DNA of 64,000 nt from the NCBI GenBank assembly GCA_965217775.1, contig CBDCJH010000002.1:4320001-4384000 (forward strand), in the 5' to 3' direction. The first letter of the stretch is position 1; the number at the start of each line of letters is the position of its first letter. Positions 19,701-28,256 of the stretch are shown piece by piece. The notes beneath the pieces are model-generated. The model did no database searches. It was not told where the DNA came from and was given only the letters and a program-made list of their open reading frames with translations. The position numbers and the translations under genes were made by a program. The DNA comes from Acidobacteriota bacterium (lineage in GTDB: Bacteria > Acidobacteriota > UBA6911 > RPQK01 > JAJDTT01).

Positions 19701-21814
19701 TCCACGGTCTGCGGAGAAAACCAATTCTCTGTAGTAAAGGTCAGTTTGACCGGATCCGCCGTTACACCCTTACCTGAGGGAACCCTTACCGAAACCATCA
19801 CCTCAGCCGTCGGTTTCGTGTCCAGCTTTACCGTGTAGGTGTTGCTTCCCTCTTCCGGCACGGTCAGCTGCGGGACCGACACTGTGATGCCCGGGTCGTC
19901 GTTATCCTCGACCGTCACCCTCACACTGGCCACAGAAACTGGGGAATATTCTCCGCCGGTCGCCTCGTGCGTCAGCGTCACCGTTCGATCCGGCAGGTCA
20001 ATATCGTCGTTTTCCGCGCGCACTGTGAACGTCTTCGGCATGTGCCAGTTCTGCGGCGTGAACGTCAGGCTCGGCGGACTTACAGACACGTCCGCATTCG
20101 GTGGGACCGTGACCTCCACATCCACGTCCTCCGACGGCTTTGTGTCCAGAACCACCGTGTAGGTGTTGCTGCCCCCTTCCTGCACTGTCAGGGACCGGTC
20201 CGAAACGGTCACACCCGGATTGTCATCCTCTTCGATAGTCACCGTCAGCACCGCCGTGACGTTCGCGTACTCGGTGGAGTCGCTCGCCCGGTGCGTCACC
20301 ATCACCGGCGGGTCCGCCGCCGCATCCTCGTCATGCTCGGCCTCCACTGTTACCGTCTTCCAACTGTTCCAGTTCTGGGGCGTGAACATCAGGCTCGACG
20401 GATCCACATCCACGTCACCGTCATCTTCATCTTCAATCGTTACCGTCACGTCCGCCACGGGCTCGGCATCCAACCTCACCCTGTAGGTTTTGCTGGCGCC
20501 TTCCCTGACTTTCAGTGAACTTCTCGACAGAGTGATGCCCGGGTCGTCGTTGTCCGTGATCGTCACCGACACGTTATCCACCGTTACGTCGCCATAATCA
20601 CCGCCGTTGAAGTCGTGCGTGAGCGTAATCCCGGTATCGTCCACCGAATCCGCGTCGTTCACCGCACGCACCGTCACCGTCTTTTCCACGTTCCAGTTCG
20701 ACTTCGTGAACGTGACCGGGTTCGGACTCACTCGCACGTCCGAGCCGGTTGGATCCACCGCCACCGTAACCCTCACCGTCGCCGTTGGCTGCGTATCGAG
20801 GATCAGGGTGTAGGTTTTGCTCCCTTCTTCTGGCACGGTCAAGCTCTGCTCGGACACCCTCGCGCCGGGAGTGTCGTTGTCCGTGACCGTGACCTCCAGA
20901 TCCTCCCGCACACCGCTGTAACCCCCGCCGCTGCCTGTGTGGCGGAGGACCACTTTGTCGTCCGCCGCGTCGTCGTCCTGGCCTGCCGTCAACGTCACCG
21001 TCTGGGAATCGTCCCAGTCGTCCGGCGTGAAGGTCAGCGGGAACTCCTTGTCCACAGTGAGGTCCGTCCCCGATAACCCGGATACGGAGACCCGCACCGT
21101 CCCCGACGGCTGCGTGTTCAGCTTCAGCGTATAGCTGCGGCTGTTCCCTTCCGGCACCGTGAGGTGCTGGGGCGACACCTTGATGCCCGGGACATCATCG
21201 TCGGTGATTCCCACAGACACGCGGGCCACACCGTGGAGGCGGTCCGGACATTCGAAGTTCTCGTCCGACAGCTCGTGGGTGATTGTCACCGACTCATTCG
21301 CAGTATCGTCATCTTGGAGTGCGTATATCGTAACCCCTCGCCATCGCGTTGGCTCCGAATCTTCCTTCCCATCCTCCCGATCGAACTGCCAGCCGACGGA
21401 TGGTACCCAACGAATACCTTTTTCCTCGAGGATGCCATCTGTATAGACCACCCCGTCGATGTGGATCCGTAACCACCATCCGTCGGCAACCGGTTGCTGA
21501 CTGAGCCTTATTTCGTAGCGGAGGCTGTTTCCCTCCGTGAAATTCAACGTGGACGGCCTCACTTCCACTTTCCCTCCCCAGGTAAAGATCGGGGCGTGGT
21601 CCGTAGCGTGGACCTGTTGCATAGCGACGCCGGACAAGAGCGCCGACAGCACGATGGTGGAGGTGACGAGACGTGCGTATCCGTTTAAGCCAATGCGGCC
21701 CTTTGCATCTTCATTCATTGATTCCGTGTGGTGCCTCTCTCGCACGCTCGACGGGAGAATGCCCTGTCCATCCTCCCGTAGCGGAGACAACCGATGGCCA
21801 GTCCCATTGGTCAC
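13784..21814 (-). CDS. Giant repetitive surface adhesin with Calx-beta/Ig-like repeats and an autotransporter-like C-terminal beta-barrel
   Basis: 2676 aa; signal peptide ending QQVHA; about 14 acidic 107-aa repeats; Calx-beta motifs (TSDGTAKAGEDY, DDTAVEPDETFTVKL); poly-Pro linker; C-terminal AWLTRFGRTVA...WTAWGRG...GLAGVDY region. Start could be a later ATG (MNEDAK). Confidence 0.88.
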   Translation of the reverse strand: MTNGTGHRLSPLREDGQGILPSSVRERHHTESMNEDAKGRIGLNGYARLVTSTIVLSALLSGVAMQQVHATDHAPIFTWGGKVEVRPSTLNFTEGNSLRYEIRLSQQPVADGWWLRIHIDGVVYTDGILEEKGIRWVPSVGWQFDREDGKEDSEPTRWRGVTIYALQDDDTANESVTITHELSDENFECPDRLHGVARVSVGITDDDVPGIKVSPQHLTVPEGNSRSYTLKLNTQPSGTVRVSVSGLSGTDLTVDKEFPLTFTPDDWDDSQTVTLTAGQDDDAADDKVVLRHTGSGGGYSGVREDLEVTVTDNDTPGARVSEQSLTVPEEGSKTYTLILDTQPTATVRVTVAVDPTGSDVRVSPNPVTFTKSNWNVEKTVTVRAVNDADSVDDTGITLTHDFNGGDYGDVTVDNVSVTITDNDDPGITLSRSSLKVREGASKTYRVRLDAEPVADVTVTIEDEDDGDVDVDPSSLMFTPQNWNSWKTVTVEAEHDEDAAADPPVMVTHRASDSTEYANVTAVLTVTIEEDDNPGVTVSDRSLTVQEGGSNTYTVVLDTKPSEDVDVEVTVPPNADVSVSPPSLTFTPQNWHMPKTFTVRAENDDIDLPDRTVTLTHEATGGEYSPVSVASVRVTVEDNDDPGITVSVPQLTVPEEGSNTYTVKLDTKPTAEVMVSVRVPSGKGVTADPVKLTFTTENWFSPQTVEVMAAHDDDAENFEVELSHGASGGGYSGIRGGSVKVTVVDNDTRGATVSKQSLSVPEGGSETYTVVLHTQPPEGKTVKVDLTTDPVNPDLTISPRRLTFSRTNWSNAKPVTVSAREDDDAATDPRVAIEHEFSDGGYGSVTVPDVTVTIVENDVPGVTLSTNALAIPEGETRSYTVVLNTPPSDNVEVSAIISSGVGNVTLTSPSVTFTRTDWSSPKSLSVTAVKDDDSTPDSATLSHSVSGASEYSGRTVGTVMVTITETDRPPDNSPATGRPTITGTTLVGRTLTAHTTDIQDLDGLTNVQFHYQWIRVDNGNETDISGANGSTYRLVSADAGNQLKVRVSFADDDGVAERLTSLPTGTVRRPAPPPPPPPPPPARSQTVTFGASDYRVQEGESVEVTVRLRQSPASALTIPLTAKNEDGATDDDYSGVPENVVFDAGQTVATFTFRAVADDVTEGTERVTLGFGTLPSGVNPGTRVTADVSIEEDNRGVRITPVALEVLEGGSETYTVVLESEPTGPVTVTVEGAAGDLTVAPEELTFTTLNWSARQTVTVSAAEDEDSIVDAPVTLTHTVSGGGYNGVAASDVEVTILENDIPGVTVTPEELEVAEGSSGSYTVVLDLEPEGTVTVTVGGAVEDVTVAPEELTFTTLNWSRAQTVTVSAAEDEDSIVDAPVTLTHTVSGGGYDGVTAADVEVTIIENDIVGVTVAPEALEVREGSSEIYTVVLDTEPTGPVTVTVGGAAGDVTVAPEELTFTTLNWSRAQTVTVSAAEDEDSIVDAPVTLTHTVSGGGYGGVAAPDVEVTILENDIPGVTVTPEELEVTEGSSESYSVVLDMEPEGTVTVTVGGAVEDVTVAPEELTFTTLNWSRAQTVTVSAAEDDDAVVDAAVTLTHEVSGGGYDGVTAADVEVTVIENDFVGVTVAPEALEVLEGGSETYTVVLDAEPTGPVTVTVEGAAGDLTVSPETLSFTRSNWSTRKLVTVSAAEDEDSIVDAPVTLTHMASGGGYDGVTAAEVEVTILENDIPGVTVTPTELSVTEGSSETYTVVLDTEPTGPVTVTVGGVTGDLMVSPASLTFTASNWSTSQPMTVMAAEDEDALNDPPVTLTHTVSGGDYTDVTAPNVVVTIIENDVPELSIEDAEVMEGDEEIAFAVTMDGPSSRTVRVEWATSDGTAKAGEDYTAGKGELVFAPGETRQEAKVPVLDDTAVEPDETFTVKLSNPRGGSLERSEATGIIVDNDLPLVSISAASGSVDEGEDVQFDLTRSGNLRSALIVTVRVNATGSFLAETPPNTVSFGAGESAAVLRIATVDDERDEADGTVEAVLVESDDYSIQDPGKAVVVVTDNDRPPAIGIESARALEIAGEIVFPITLAGPSDHLVTVEWTTSDGTARSNEDYRGASGIVNFPPGRTTESIRVLLLDDVLLEEDETFTVTLGRAVNGTLGQSTATGVIEDDEGIVFKAWLTRFGRTVATQVVEAVSKRLTGSPYRPPQVTVGGRQLRLAVENEAGNRRHDSDLFFGSQPLMAGGGLGAPGSPGRAGESLGLYGGTLEGTQFGFRRLGGRNLLSTSSFHLTSGDGDRTGNDQGARWTAWGRGVTTQFSGWNTDLSLDGGVLTGLAGVDYTRGRILAGLAVSRSEGDGDAFAGRGQRLQSLDSELSASLTSVYPYLRVDLEERLFTWGLFGYGRGEMGATGATGSARHDIGMTMGAVGARGSLLKPEDKNGLELALKTDTFWVGMDLDANAGPRITDADASRTRLLLEAACDCRYAWAGGLVGGAVDFGIRRDAGAAETGMGLEVGANLSYLNPDRGLTVSVSARRLMAHQDDGYREWGVGGMIEYDPGVAGRGLAVRMVSSLGTAPTGTNRFWSQSAASLNRNGFAGMDAPLTAEVDYRMRVLGGRLLMAPYADMSLVGSGTGAQSYLLGWRLQFGPNIRLQLEMDLGDRSYNPLYRNGLMGPGSMLGGPGLGPRPAGGSW
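16315..18240. repeat. Six tandem 321-bp intragenic repeats (alternating A/B types)
   Basis: Boundaries at about 16315, 16636, 16957, 17278, 17599 and 17920; long stretches identical at nucleotide level. Confidence 0.92.
18920..21200. repeat. Seven diverged 321-333 bp intragenic repeats
   Basis: Each reads GVTVS..L.V.EG.S.TY.V.L...P...LTFT..NW......V.A..D.D...V..(D/E)ND. Confidence 0.8.
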
Positions 21815-21932
21815 CGGTTGATTGTTCTCTCCTCCAGATTACTCCACTACTGCGACAATTCTTTCGTCGCGCCTGCGCCGTCATGCCGTTTGCAGCGGCA
21901 CGATTCCAGGCTGTGGATCACGGGACAATTTA

Positions 21933-23363
21933 TTAGGGAACGAACCGGAAGGCATACAGATGGGCGTCACGGATTCGAACCCGCAGTCGCACCGGCTTGC
22001 CCGCATGCCGAGAGAGATCTCTCCCCCCCTTCCACATGACAGCACCGTCGATTTTGTCTCCCACCAGGGGAGGACAGTCCTCCAGACTCAGGCCCTCCAA
22101 AGGATCTCCGTCCTGGTCCTGCAGCTCCACTCGGAGACTGCCTCCGCCGGACGTGCTGTAGTTGAGCTCCAGATGTCGTCCCCGGAACCGGATGGGCCGG
22201 GAGGTGAACTCGCCGAAGCCGGAATAGGGCCCCTGGACCGACACGAAACCATCGGTCCGGAGCGTGCACCTTCGAATCCGGGTTCTCTCCGAGCGGAGCA
22301 ACTCCGAGTAGTACATGGAGATCTCACCGGGACCGGTGGGCACCACCCCATGCCCCATGATGGGATTGCGGTCCACCCAGTTGTCCGGGTCCAAGTCCGG
22401 AGAGAGGAACGGCTTCCGGAAGAGACGGTCCCAGCGGATCCCGTCCCGGCTGGAGGCGAACTGGACGTCGGAGAGTCCGTCATGGGGCGCATCGTCGTGA
22501 TGCCTCCGGCCGGGATATAGAACCATGGGAAACATGAGGAAGGCCCGGGCCGCCCGAAAGTACTTGACGGCGGCGTTGGTGTAGAAGTGGAGGTCCTTCG
22601 GGTCCCGTTCGTCCGGCACGAGCACCAGTTCCGGTTCGGACCAGTGGAGAAAATCGATCGATTCGGTCTGCCGGATAGCCCGGCGCCCCCCCTTGAAGGA
22701 CCCTTCCACCGACGGGTCCACACCCCTCAGATAGATGACGAAGCGCCTTCTCTCGTCGTCCCAGACCAGGATGTTGTGGCTGTCGAAGGGGCCCTTCTCC
22801 GGTGGAAGAAGCGGATTGGTCCGAACCGGCTGCCAACGGATTCCATCTGCCGAAATGAAACCCGAGATCCCGCCGACCCGGGAAATCATCTTGTAGCGGG
22901 ACGAACTACCCGGCTGCTGGTTGGGATCCACGATGACACTGACGTTGGTGAAGTCCTTGGGGTCGCCGATGATGTTGTTCCGCGTGGAGCCCTTGCGGGA
23001 AAAGACGCCCAGGTTCCGGCGCTCCCAGGTGATGCCGTCCCGGCTTTCGGCGTAGCAGGTCCACACCGGGAACGGGGGCTCCTTCTCCGCGACCCGGTAC
23101 CACATGCGGTAGAGGCCCCGGTCCCGGACCACGCTGCTGTAGTGCAGTTCCTTGCCCTCCCACGGTTCCACGCAGGTGAGGGAGACCTCCCGGGTTTGGG
23201 AACGATGCGGGGTCAGACGGATCTCCTCCCGGGATTCGAACCAGAATTCGTCCAGAAAGAGTTGGCGCTCGCTTCCCACGTCCAAGACCGGCTGGCCCGG
23301 AAGGGGATGAAAGGTGGCAGCGATCAGCAAGGCTAGCCAGATCGGCGCACCTGGATGTCTCAT
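21933..23363 (-). CDS. Secreted five-bladed beta-propeller, GH32/GH43-clan-like hypothetical protein
   Basis: Signal peptide; RQLFLD, YRMWY, YAESRDGITW, SRDGIRW, LRTDGFVS, GKPVRLR...LYAFRF. Confidence 0.75.
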   Translation of the reverse strand: MRHPGAPIWLALLIAATFHPLPGQPVLDVGSERQLFLDEFWFESREEIRLTPHRSQTREVSLTCVEPWEGKELHYSSVVRDRGLYRMWYRVAEKEPPFPVWTCYAESRDGITWERRNLGVFSRKGSTRNNIIGDPKDFTNVSVIVDPNQQPGSSSRYKMISRVGGISGFISADGIRWQPVRTNPLLPPEKGPFDSHNILVWDDERRRFVIYLRGVDPSVEGSFKGGRRAIRQTESIDFLHWSEPELVLVPDERDPKDLHFYTNAAVKYFRAARAFLMFPMVLYPGRRHHDDAPHDGLSDVQFASSRDGIRWDRLFRKPFLSPDLDPDNWVDRNPIMGHGVVPTGPGEISMYYSELLRSERTRIRRCTLRTDGFVSVQGPYSGFGEFTSRPIRFRGRHLELNYSTSGGGSLRVELQDQDGDPLEGLSLEDCPPLVGDKIDGAVMWKGGRDLSRHAGKPVRLRVRIRDAHLYAFRFVP

Positions 23364-23382
23364 ATATCTCTCTGTTTCGGAG

Positions 23383-24144
23383 TCAGTCCCCCGTCAGAAC
23401 GCCTCCGGAGAAGAGCCTCCCGCGTCCGTCCAGACAGGGCTCGATCCCCATCAGTTGCAATGCGTGCCAGGAGGTGACTTGATTCGCCGTGAGGACCGGC
23501 TTCCCCAGAGCGGCCTCCATCTCATCCAGGTGCAGAGCCAGCTTCTGACCGGTGCAACCGACGAAGACGGCGTCCGACTCTCCGACGTTGGAGGTTTCGG
23601 CCAAGCTCCGGATGCGCTCGGGAGGGACGATGGAGTGGTCTTTCGGCAGGTTCAGAGCCAGGCTGTTCAACACCCGGACGCCATGGTCCTGGATGAACTG
23701 GATGAAACGCCCCTCCACGTCGGGCATGTAGGGGCTGGCCAGGGTGACGCTGGAGATTCCCAGGGACTTGAAGGCCCGGATCATGGCGGTGCTGGTGGTT
23801 GTGGCCGGCTTGCCGGTCATGCGGGTGATTCGATCCGAGATGTCCAGATCTCCTCCCACGCCCCGGACGAAGCTGATGGTCGTGCAGTAGTACGCGTAGC
23901 AATCGGGATCGTACTTGGAGAGCCTCCGCGCCGATTCCTCGATGTCGCCGTTTTCTGCCAGCTCGATTCCGGCGGGCACGTGGGCTTCCTTGTCCCGGAT
24001 GGGGGTGGCGCTGGACATGAGGCGAACCCCCGGCGGCATGAACCGTCTGAACTCGTCCACCACCGCGTCAGCCTCCACGTCCACCCAGGCATCATCGGGG
24101 TACACAGCTCCCAGTAGCGGCCCATGGCCTCCGGCATCAGTCAT
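23383..24144 (-). CDS. Asp/Glu racemase superfamily protein (maleate cis-trans isomerase/EutA-like)
   Basis: Paired catalytic Cys YYCTT and VGCTG; SPY; GKPVLTANQ. Confidence 0.85.
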   Translation of the reverse strand: MTDAGGHGPLLGAVYPDDAWVDVEADAVVDEFRRFMPPGVRLMSSATPIRDKEAHVPAGIELAENGDIEESARRLSKYDPDCYAYYCTTISFVRGVGGDLDISDRITRMTGKPATTTSTAMIRAFKSLGISSVTLASPYMPDVEGRFIQFIQDHGVRVLNSLALNLPKDHSIVPPERIRSLAETSNVGESDAVFVGCTGQKLALHLDEMEAALGKPVLTANQVTSWHALQLMGIEPCLDGRGRLFSGGVLTGD

Positions 24145-24237
24145 GACTCAGCCTCCTCCTGATCTGTAGTGAATTTTAACAGCCGAGGGTGATAGCCACC
24201 ATGAAATGTCAAGTTCAGATCAAGGCAAAATGAAGGA

Positions 24238-25731
24238 TCAGGAAAGATTCCCGGACCATTCGCCAAAAACCATCGACACGAGCGCGGCCGCGCCCACCGT
24301 CACCAGCGTGGAGACCGGAATCACCCACATCCAGGCCAGTTCGGGTAGGCCGAACAGCCAATGGCCCTGAGCCCAGAGAAATCCCACCAGGATCCCGCAG
24401 AGCGCGCTTCCCATGGCCACCCTGGCGCTGCAGCGAATCCCCAGCATGGCGATGAGCATGAGTCCTCCCAGGCTTCCCACCAGAAAACTGGTGACCCGTC
24501 CCTGGATGTCGAACAGATTCCCCCTCTGTTCTTCCGGGATCTGATAGAGGAGAAGACAGATGGCGGTGGCCAGTCCGCCCACCGCGGCGGTGACGGCACG
24601 GGCCAGGAAGAGCTCTTGGCTCGGCGAGGGGACGGCACTCCTGAAACGGCGGTAGAAGTCGGTAACGACCACCGAGGAGATGGAGTTCATTCCCGAGTCC
24701 AGGCTGGACATGGCGGCCGAAAACAGCGCCGCCACCACCAGTCCCGCCAGTCCCCGGGGAAGGATGTGGCGAATGAAGTGGGGGAAGACCAGGTCGGGGT
24801 CGTCGGGGATGGCCGCCTGATAGTAGGAGTAGAGGGCGATGCCGCAGAGGGAGAGAGTCAACGTCAGAACGACACCGCTGACCAGATTGCACAGAAAGGC
24901 CCGGCGGGCGGCCCGAAGCGACTCGGTGGCCAGGAACCGCTGGACCGCCACCTGGTCCGAGCTGGCGGTGGCCAGCCACCAGAACAGGGTCCAGCAGCCC
25001 ATGCCCACCAGGCTCAGGCGAACCGTGGGATCGAAGCTGAAGACGGGTTGCGACGGCGTGTCGGCCGCCATCATGTCGTTCCACCAGGTCGCCGGGCCGG
25101 TGCCCGAGTCGATGGCCACGTAGACGACGGTGAAGATGGCTCCGCCCAGCAGAATGAAGAACTGGACCACGTCGGTCCAGATGACCGCCCGCAGACCCCC
25201 CAGGACCGTATAGAAGACGCCGATGGCCACCAGCCCCAGGACCACGGTAGTGAAGGAGAGGCTGCAGATCTTGGACAGGGCCAGCGAGGCGGTGAACAGC
25301 ACCATCCCCATCCAGGCGGTCCGGATCAACACAAAGAGGGACGCGCCGAAGAGACGGGTGGTCAGGTCGAACCTCCGCTCCAGGTACTCGTAGGCGGTGG
25401 TCATCCGGAGCCGCATGAGATAGGGGAGGATGAGGTAGCTGACCAGAAAGAAGACCAGGGGATAGGAGAGGAACTGGGCGTTGGCTCCGACGCCGTTCTT
25501 GATCATCTCGCCGGGCGTGGAGAGGTAGGTGACGGTGGACAGGACCGTGGCCACGATGCTGACGCCCACGGAAAACCAGGACAGGCTCCGTCCCGCCAGG
25601 AAGTAGTCTTCGGTGCTCTTCTGGCGCCGTCCGTAGTAGAACCCGACCCAGATCACCACCGCGAAGTAGGCGGCGATGGCGGCGTAATCGACGGCGTGCA
25701 GCCCCTGAAACCGGTCCAGAACGGGATTCAT
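24238..25731 (-). CDS. Sodium:solute symporter (SSS family)
   Basis: EDYFLAGR, AYEYLERRF, GGLRAVIWTDVVQ, DQVAVQRFL, AAMSSLDSG. Confidence 0.93.
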   Translation of the reverse strand: MNPVLDRFQGLHAVDYAAIAAYFAVVIWVGFYYGRRQKSTEDYFLAGRSLSWFSVGVSIVATVLSTVTYLSTPGEMIKNGVGANAQFLSYPLVFFLVSYLILPYLMRLRMTTAYEYLERRFDLTTRLFGASLFVLIRTAWMGMVLFTASLALSKICSLSFTTVVLGLVAIGVFYTVLGGLRAVIWTDVVQFFILLGGAIFTVVYVAIDSGTGPATWWNDMMAADTPSQPVFSFDPTVRLSLVGMGCWTLFWWLATASSDQVAVQRFLATESLRAARRAFLCNLVSGVVLTLTLSLCGIALYSYYQAAIPDDPDLVFPHFIRHILPRGLAGLVVAALFSAAMSSLDSGMNSISSVVVTDFYRRFRSAVPSPSQELFLARAVTAAVGGLATAICLLLYQIPEEQRGNLFDIQGRVTSFLVGSLGGLMLIAMLGIRCSARVAMGSALCGILVGFLWAQGHWLFGLPELAWMWVIPVSTLVTVGAAALVSMVFGEWSGNLS

Positions 25732-25776
25732 GTTGTGGAGGCGCCGTCAATCACGGAACGCTGGAGGCAGGCCTCT

Positions 25777-26181
25777 TCACGTCCGCAATACCGTTCCATC
25801 CAGAGTCCGAAATCCAAGCGTCTTTGCCACGGACGCTTGCTGTTTGTCGAGGGTGACGAAAGAGACTTGGCTGGGGTCGATGGCCACATACAAAGCCGTC
25901 GCGACGTGCCAGAGATCGGCGCCCTTCAAGTAGCCGGCGTTCAAGACGTTCGTGAATTCAGGCGTCAAGGGCCGGTCGGGCAACACCCAGTCGATGCGGG
26001 CGATGAAAGGCGCCGAAAAGTCGACCATCTCGCGCGAGAACACAGCTCGCAGCTCTGCCTCCAGCAGGTTGGAAGAATGGACGCGGCCAAATGCTCGCAG
26101 ACGGTGGGCCAAGACCGCGCCATCCGGCTCGCCGAAGGCGATGGCAGCCACTGCGGAAGTGTCGATGTAAGCGACGTTCAT
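25777..26181 (-). CDS. PIN-domain VapC family toxin
   Basis: YIDTSA, LKGADLWHVATA, FVTLDKQQ; ATGA overlap with the antitoxin. Confidence 0.88.
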   Translation of the reverse strand: MNVAYIDTSAVAAIAFGEPDGAVLAHRLRAFGRVHSSNLLEAELRAVFSREMVDFSAPFIARIDWVLPDRPLTPEFTNVLNAGYLKGADLWHVATALYVAIDPSQVSFVTLDKQQASVAKTLGFRTLDGTVLRT

Positions 26182-26453
26182 TCGCCTCGTTCGGCCAGGA
26201 AGCGCTTGAGTGCGCCGGGTCGTCGTACGACCGGCGCGAGCGGTTGTTCCGGCGTCGTCGAGCGCACCAGGACACCCCGCCGTTCGAGGTCTTCAAGCCG
26301 TTCCTCAATGGTCGTGGGTTTGGGCGGGATCGGCCGAACCTCGGCCACGGGCTTCCCTCGGTAGGAGACCATGATCGTCTTCCCGGCGCGCACTTGGCGA
26401 ATAATCTCGGAGAAGCGCGCCTTCGCTTCGTAGGTGGAATAGATTGTCGGCAT
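26178..26453 (-). CDS. Phd/YefM family antitoxin
   Basis: YEAKARFSEII..V..G......RGKPVAEV. Confidence 0.9.
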   Translation of the reverse strand: MPTIYSTYEAKARFSEIIRQVRAGKTIMVSYRGKPVAEVRPIPPKPTTIEERLEDLERRGVLVRSTTPEQPLAPVVRRPGALKRFLAERGE

Positions 26454-26459
26454 GAGAAC

Positions 26460-26483
26460 AGTATAACTCGTCAGACTAGTCTG
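26460..26483 (-). promoter_or_regulatory. Putative TA promoter -10 and palindromic operator
   Basis: Perfect palindrome CAGACTAGTCTG at 26472-26483; TATACT on the minus strand at 26460-26465, just upstream of the ATG. Confidence 0.6.
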
Positions 26484-26595
26484 GACAACTGAAGAAACGG
26501 TATGATGAAAAAAGCATGTGACTACGGGGGCGCCCGATCACGCTCGGCTCCCCCAATGAGCTCCTATTCTTGTAACGAACGTCGTTGGAAAGCCG

Positions 26596-27609
26596 TTATT
26601 CCTTCCAGACCCGCTCGAAGAGCCGGAAGACGTTGAGACCCATGATCTTCTGCACGTCTTCCTCGGAATAGGCCCGGCCCGCCAGGCCTGCCGTCAGGTT
26701 CGGCATCTCGTCGGCCCGGGTGATCCCGGCGGGAAGCGGGATGGGATAGGGAAGCGGAAAGACGGTGGAGCCTTTGAGCTTGCCGGCCATGAGCCAGTTG
26801 AACCACTCCTTGGTATGCAGCTCGGTGAAATCCAGGCCGATCCCCACCGAGTCGATGCCCACCAGATCGACCCAGTAGTCGACGACGTCCAGCACGTCCT
26901 CCAGAGTCGAATCGTAGCCGCGGGCCAGGAAGGTGGGGAAGCTGTTGGCGCCGACGATTCCTCCCTTGGCCACCAAGGCCTTCACCTCGTCGTCGGTCTT
27001 GTTCCGGGGATGATCGCACAGGCGCCTGGGATTGGTGTGGCTGAACCAGACCGGGTCCTCCGAGGTTTCGATGGCGTCCATGGTGGTCCGGTGACCGACG
27101 TGGGACAGATCGACGACCATGCCGAGGCGGTTCATCTCGGCCACCAGATCCACCCCGAACTGGCTCAGGCCCACGTCCTGGCGCTCGTAGCAGCCGGCCC
27201 CCACCAGGTTCAGGTCGTTGTAGGTGATCTGGATGGCCCGGACCCCGAGCCGGTGGAAGACTTCCACCAGGTCCAGGTCGTCCTCGATGGGGGAGGAGTT
27301 CTGGAAACCGAAGATGATCCCCACCCGTCCCTCCTCCTTGGCTTTCCGGATGTCTTCGAGACAGGTCACCTGCCGGATGTATCGGGAGTAGGTGTCGAAG
27401 TCCTTGTAGAAGCGGGCGATGTTGCGCAGGGTCCCCTGGGTCCCCTCCCAGACCGCCACGGTGGCGTTGATGGCGGTGAGGCCGCCCTCGTGGAGATGGC
27501 GATAGACCGCCTCCTCCCCCCAACGGCTGACGTTGAGGCCATCGATCACCATGGACCGCTCATGAAGCTGCTTCGCTTCGGATTCCGTTCCCATTTGCCT
27601 AACCTCCAT
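26596..27609 (-). CDS. Membrane dipeptidase (peptidase M19)
   Basis: GFQN, QITYN, EMNRLGMVVDLSHVG, SHTNP, HPRNKTD, GIGLDF, KIMGLN. Confidence 0.92.
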   Translation of the reverse strand: MEVRQMGTESEAKQLHERSMVIDGLNVSRWGEEAVYRHLHEGGLTAINATVAVWEGTQGTLRNIARFYKDFDTYSRYIRQVTCLEDIRKAKEEGRVGIIFGFQNSSPIEDDLDLVEVFHRLGVRAIQITYNDLNLVGAGCYERQDVGLSQFGVDLVAEMNRLGMVVDLSHVGHRTTMDAIETSEDPVWFSHTNPRRLCDHPRNKTDDEVKALVAKGGIVGANSFPTFLARGYDSTLEDVLDVVDYWVDLVGIDSVGIGLDFTELHTKEWFNWLMAGKLKGSTVFPLPYPIPLPAGITRADEMPNLTAGLAGRAYSEEDVQKIMGLNVFRLFERVWKE

Positions 27610-28132
27610 CAGTGGTCCAGACCGCTACGATCCGGACTTCGTCCCCGTCTCCTCTGGACCGGACGGACACCCGGCCGGCCGAGTCCGGGCCGGCGGCCTC
27701 CCGCAGAACCATCAAGACACCGTCGGCGACCCCTTCCCACATGGCGTGGCCATCCGGCAGGTCTCCTTCCGGCGCCAGAGCCGAACCCCGGATCCCGATC
27801 TCGACGCGTTCCGCATCGAGCCGGCCCAGCGAGAAGTTCCCCCAGCCCCGCGGGCCCACCTGGACCAGATAGTCCTCCACGGCCTGGCGGGGAGAGCCCC
27901 CCTCGCTTTGGCGGTGCCGGCGGCAGAATTCCACGGCTCCGTCACGGCCCGCCTTGCGGAACGCCTCCCGAAACGCCGCGTCGCCGGTGGCCGCCTTCAT
28001 CTCCCGCAAGATGTAGCGAAGGAAATGGCGCGGCAACAGGATCATCTCCTGCCCTCCCAGGACCAGGCGTCCCGAAGGCTCCAAACGGAGGCTGGAACGC
28101 AGGGATTCGAATCGGTTCGAGGTCTGCGGCAT
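27599..28132 (-). CDS. V4R/4-vinyl-reductase-like (DUF5943-like) ligand-binding protein
   Basis: MILLPRHF, RGWGNFS motifs; coupled to a dipeptidase as in known betaine catabolic clusters. Confidence 0.7.
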   Translation of the reverse strand: MPQTSNRFESLRSSLRLEPSGRLVLGGQEMILLPRHFLRYILREMKAATGDAAFREAFRKAGRDGAVEFCRRHRQSEGGSPRQAVEDYLVQVGPRGWGNFSLGRLDAERVEIGIRGSALAPEGDLPDGHAMWEGVADGVLMVLREAAGPDSAGRVSVRSRGDGDEVRIVAVWTTDGG

Positions 28133-28256
28133 CGGGCAACTATCCCAGGTTACGGTGTCCCATTTGGGCCAAAATGCTAAGGCAGCCAGATCGGAGGAAC
28201 AAGGCCGGTATGACGCTGAGGACGATTGTCATACTTTCGCTGCATGATTTCGGCGT

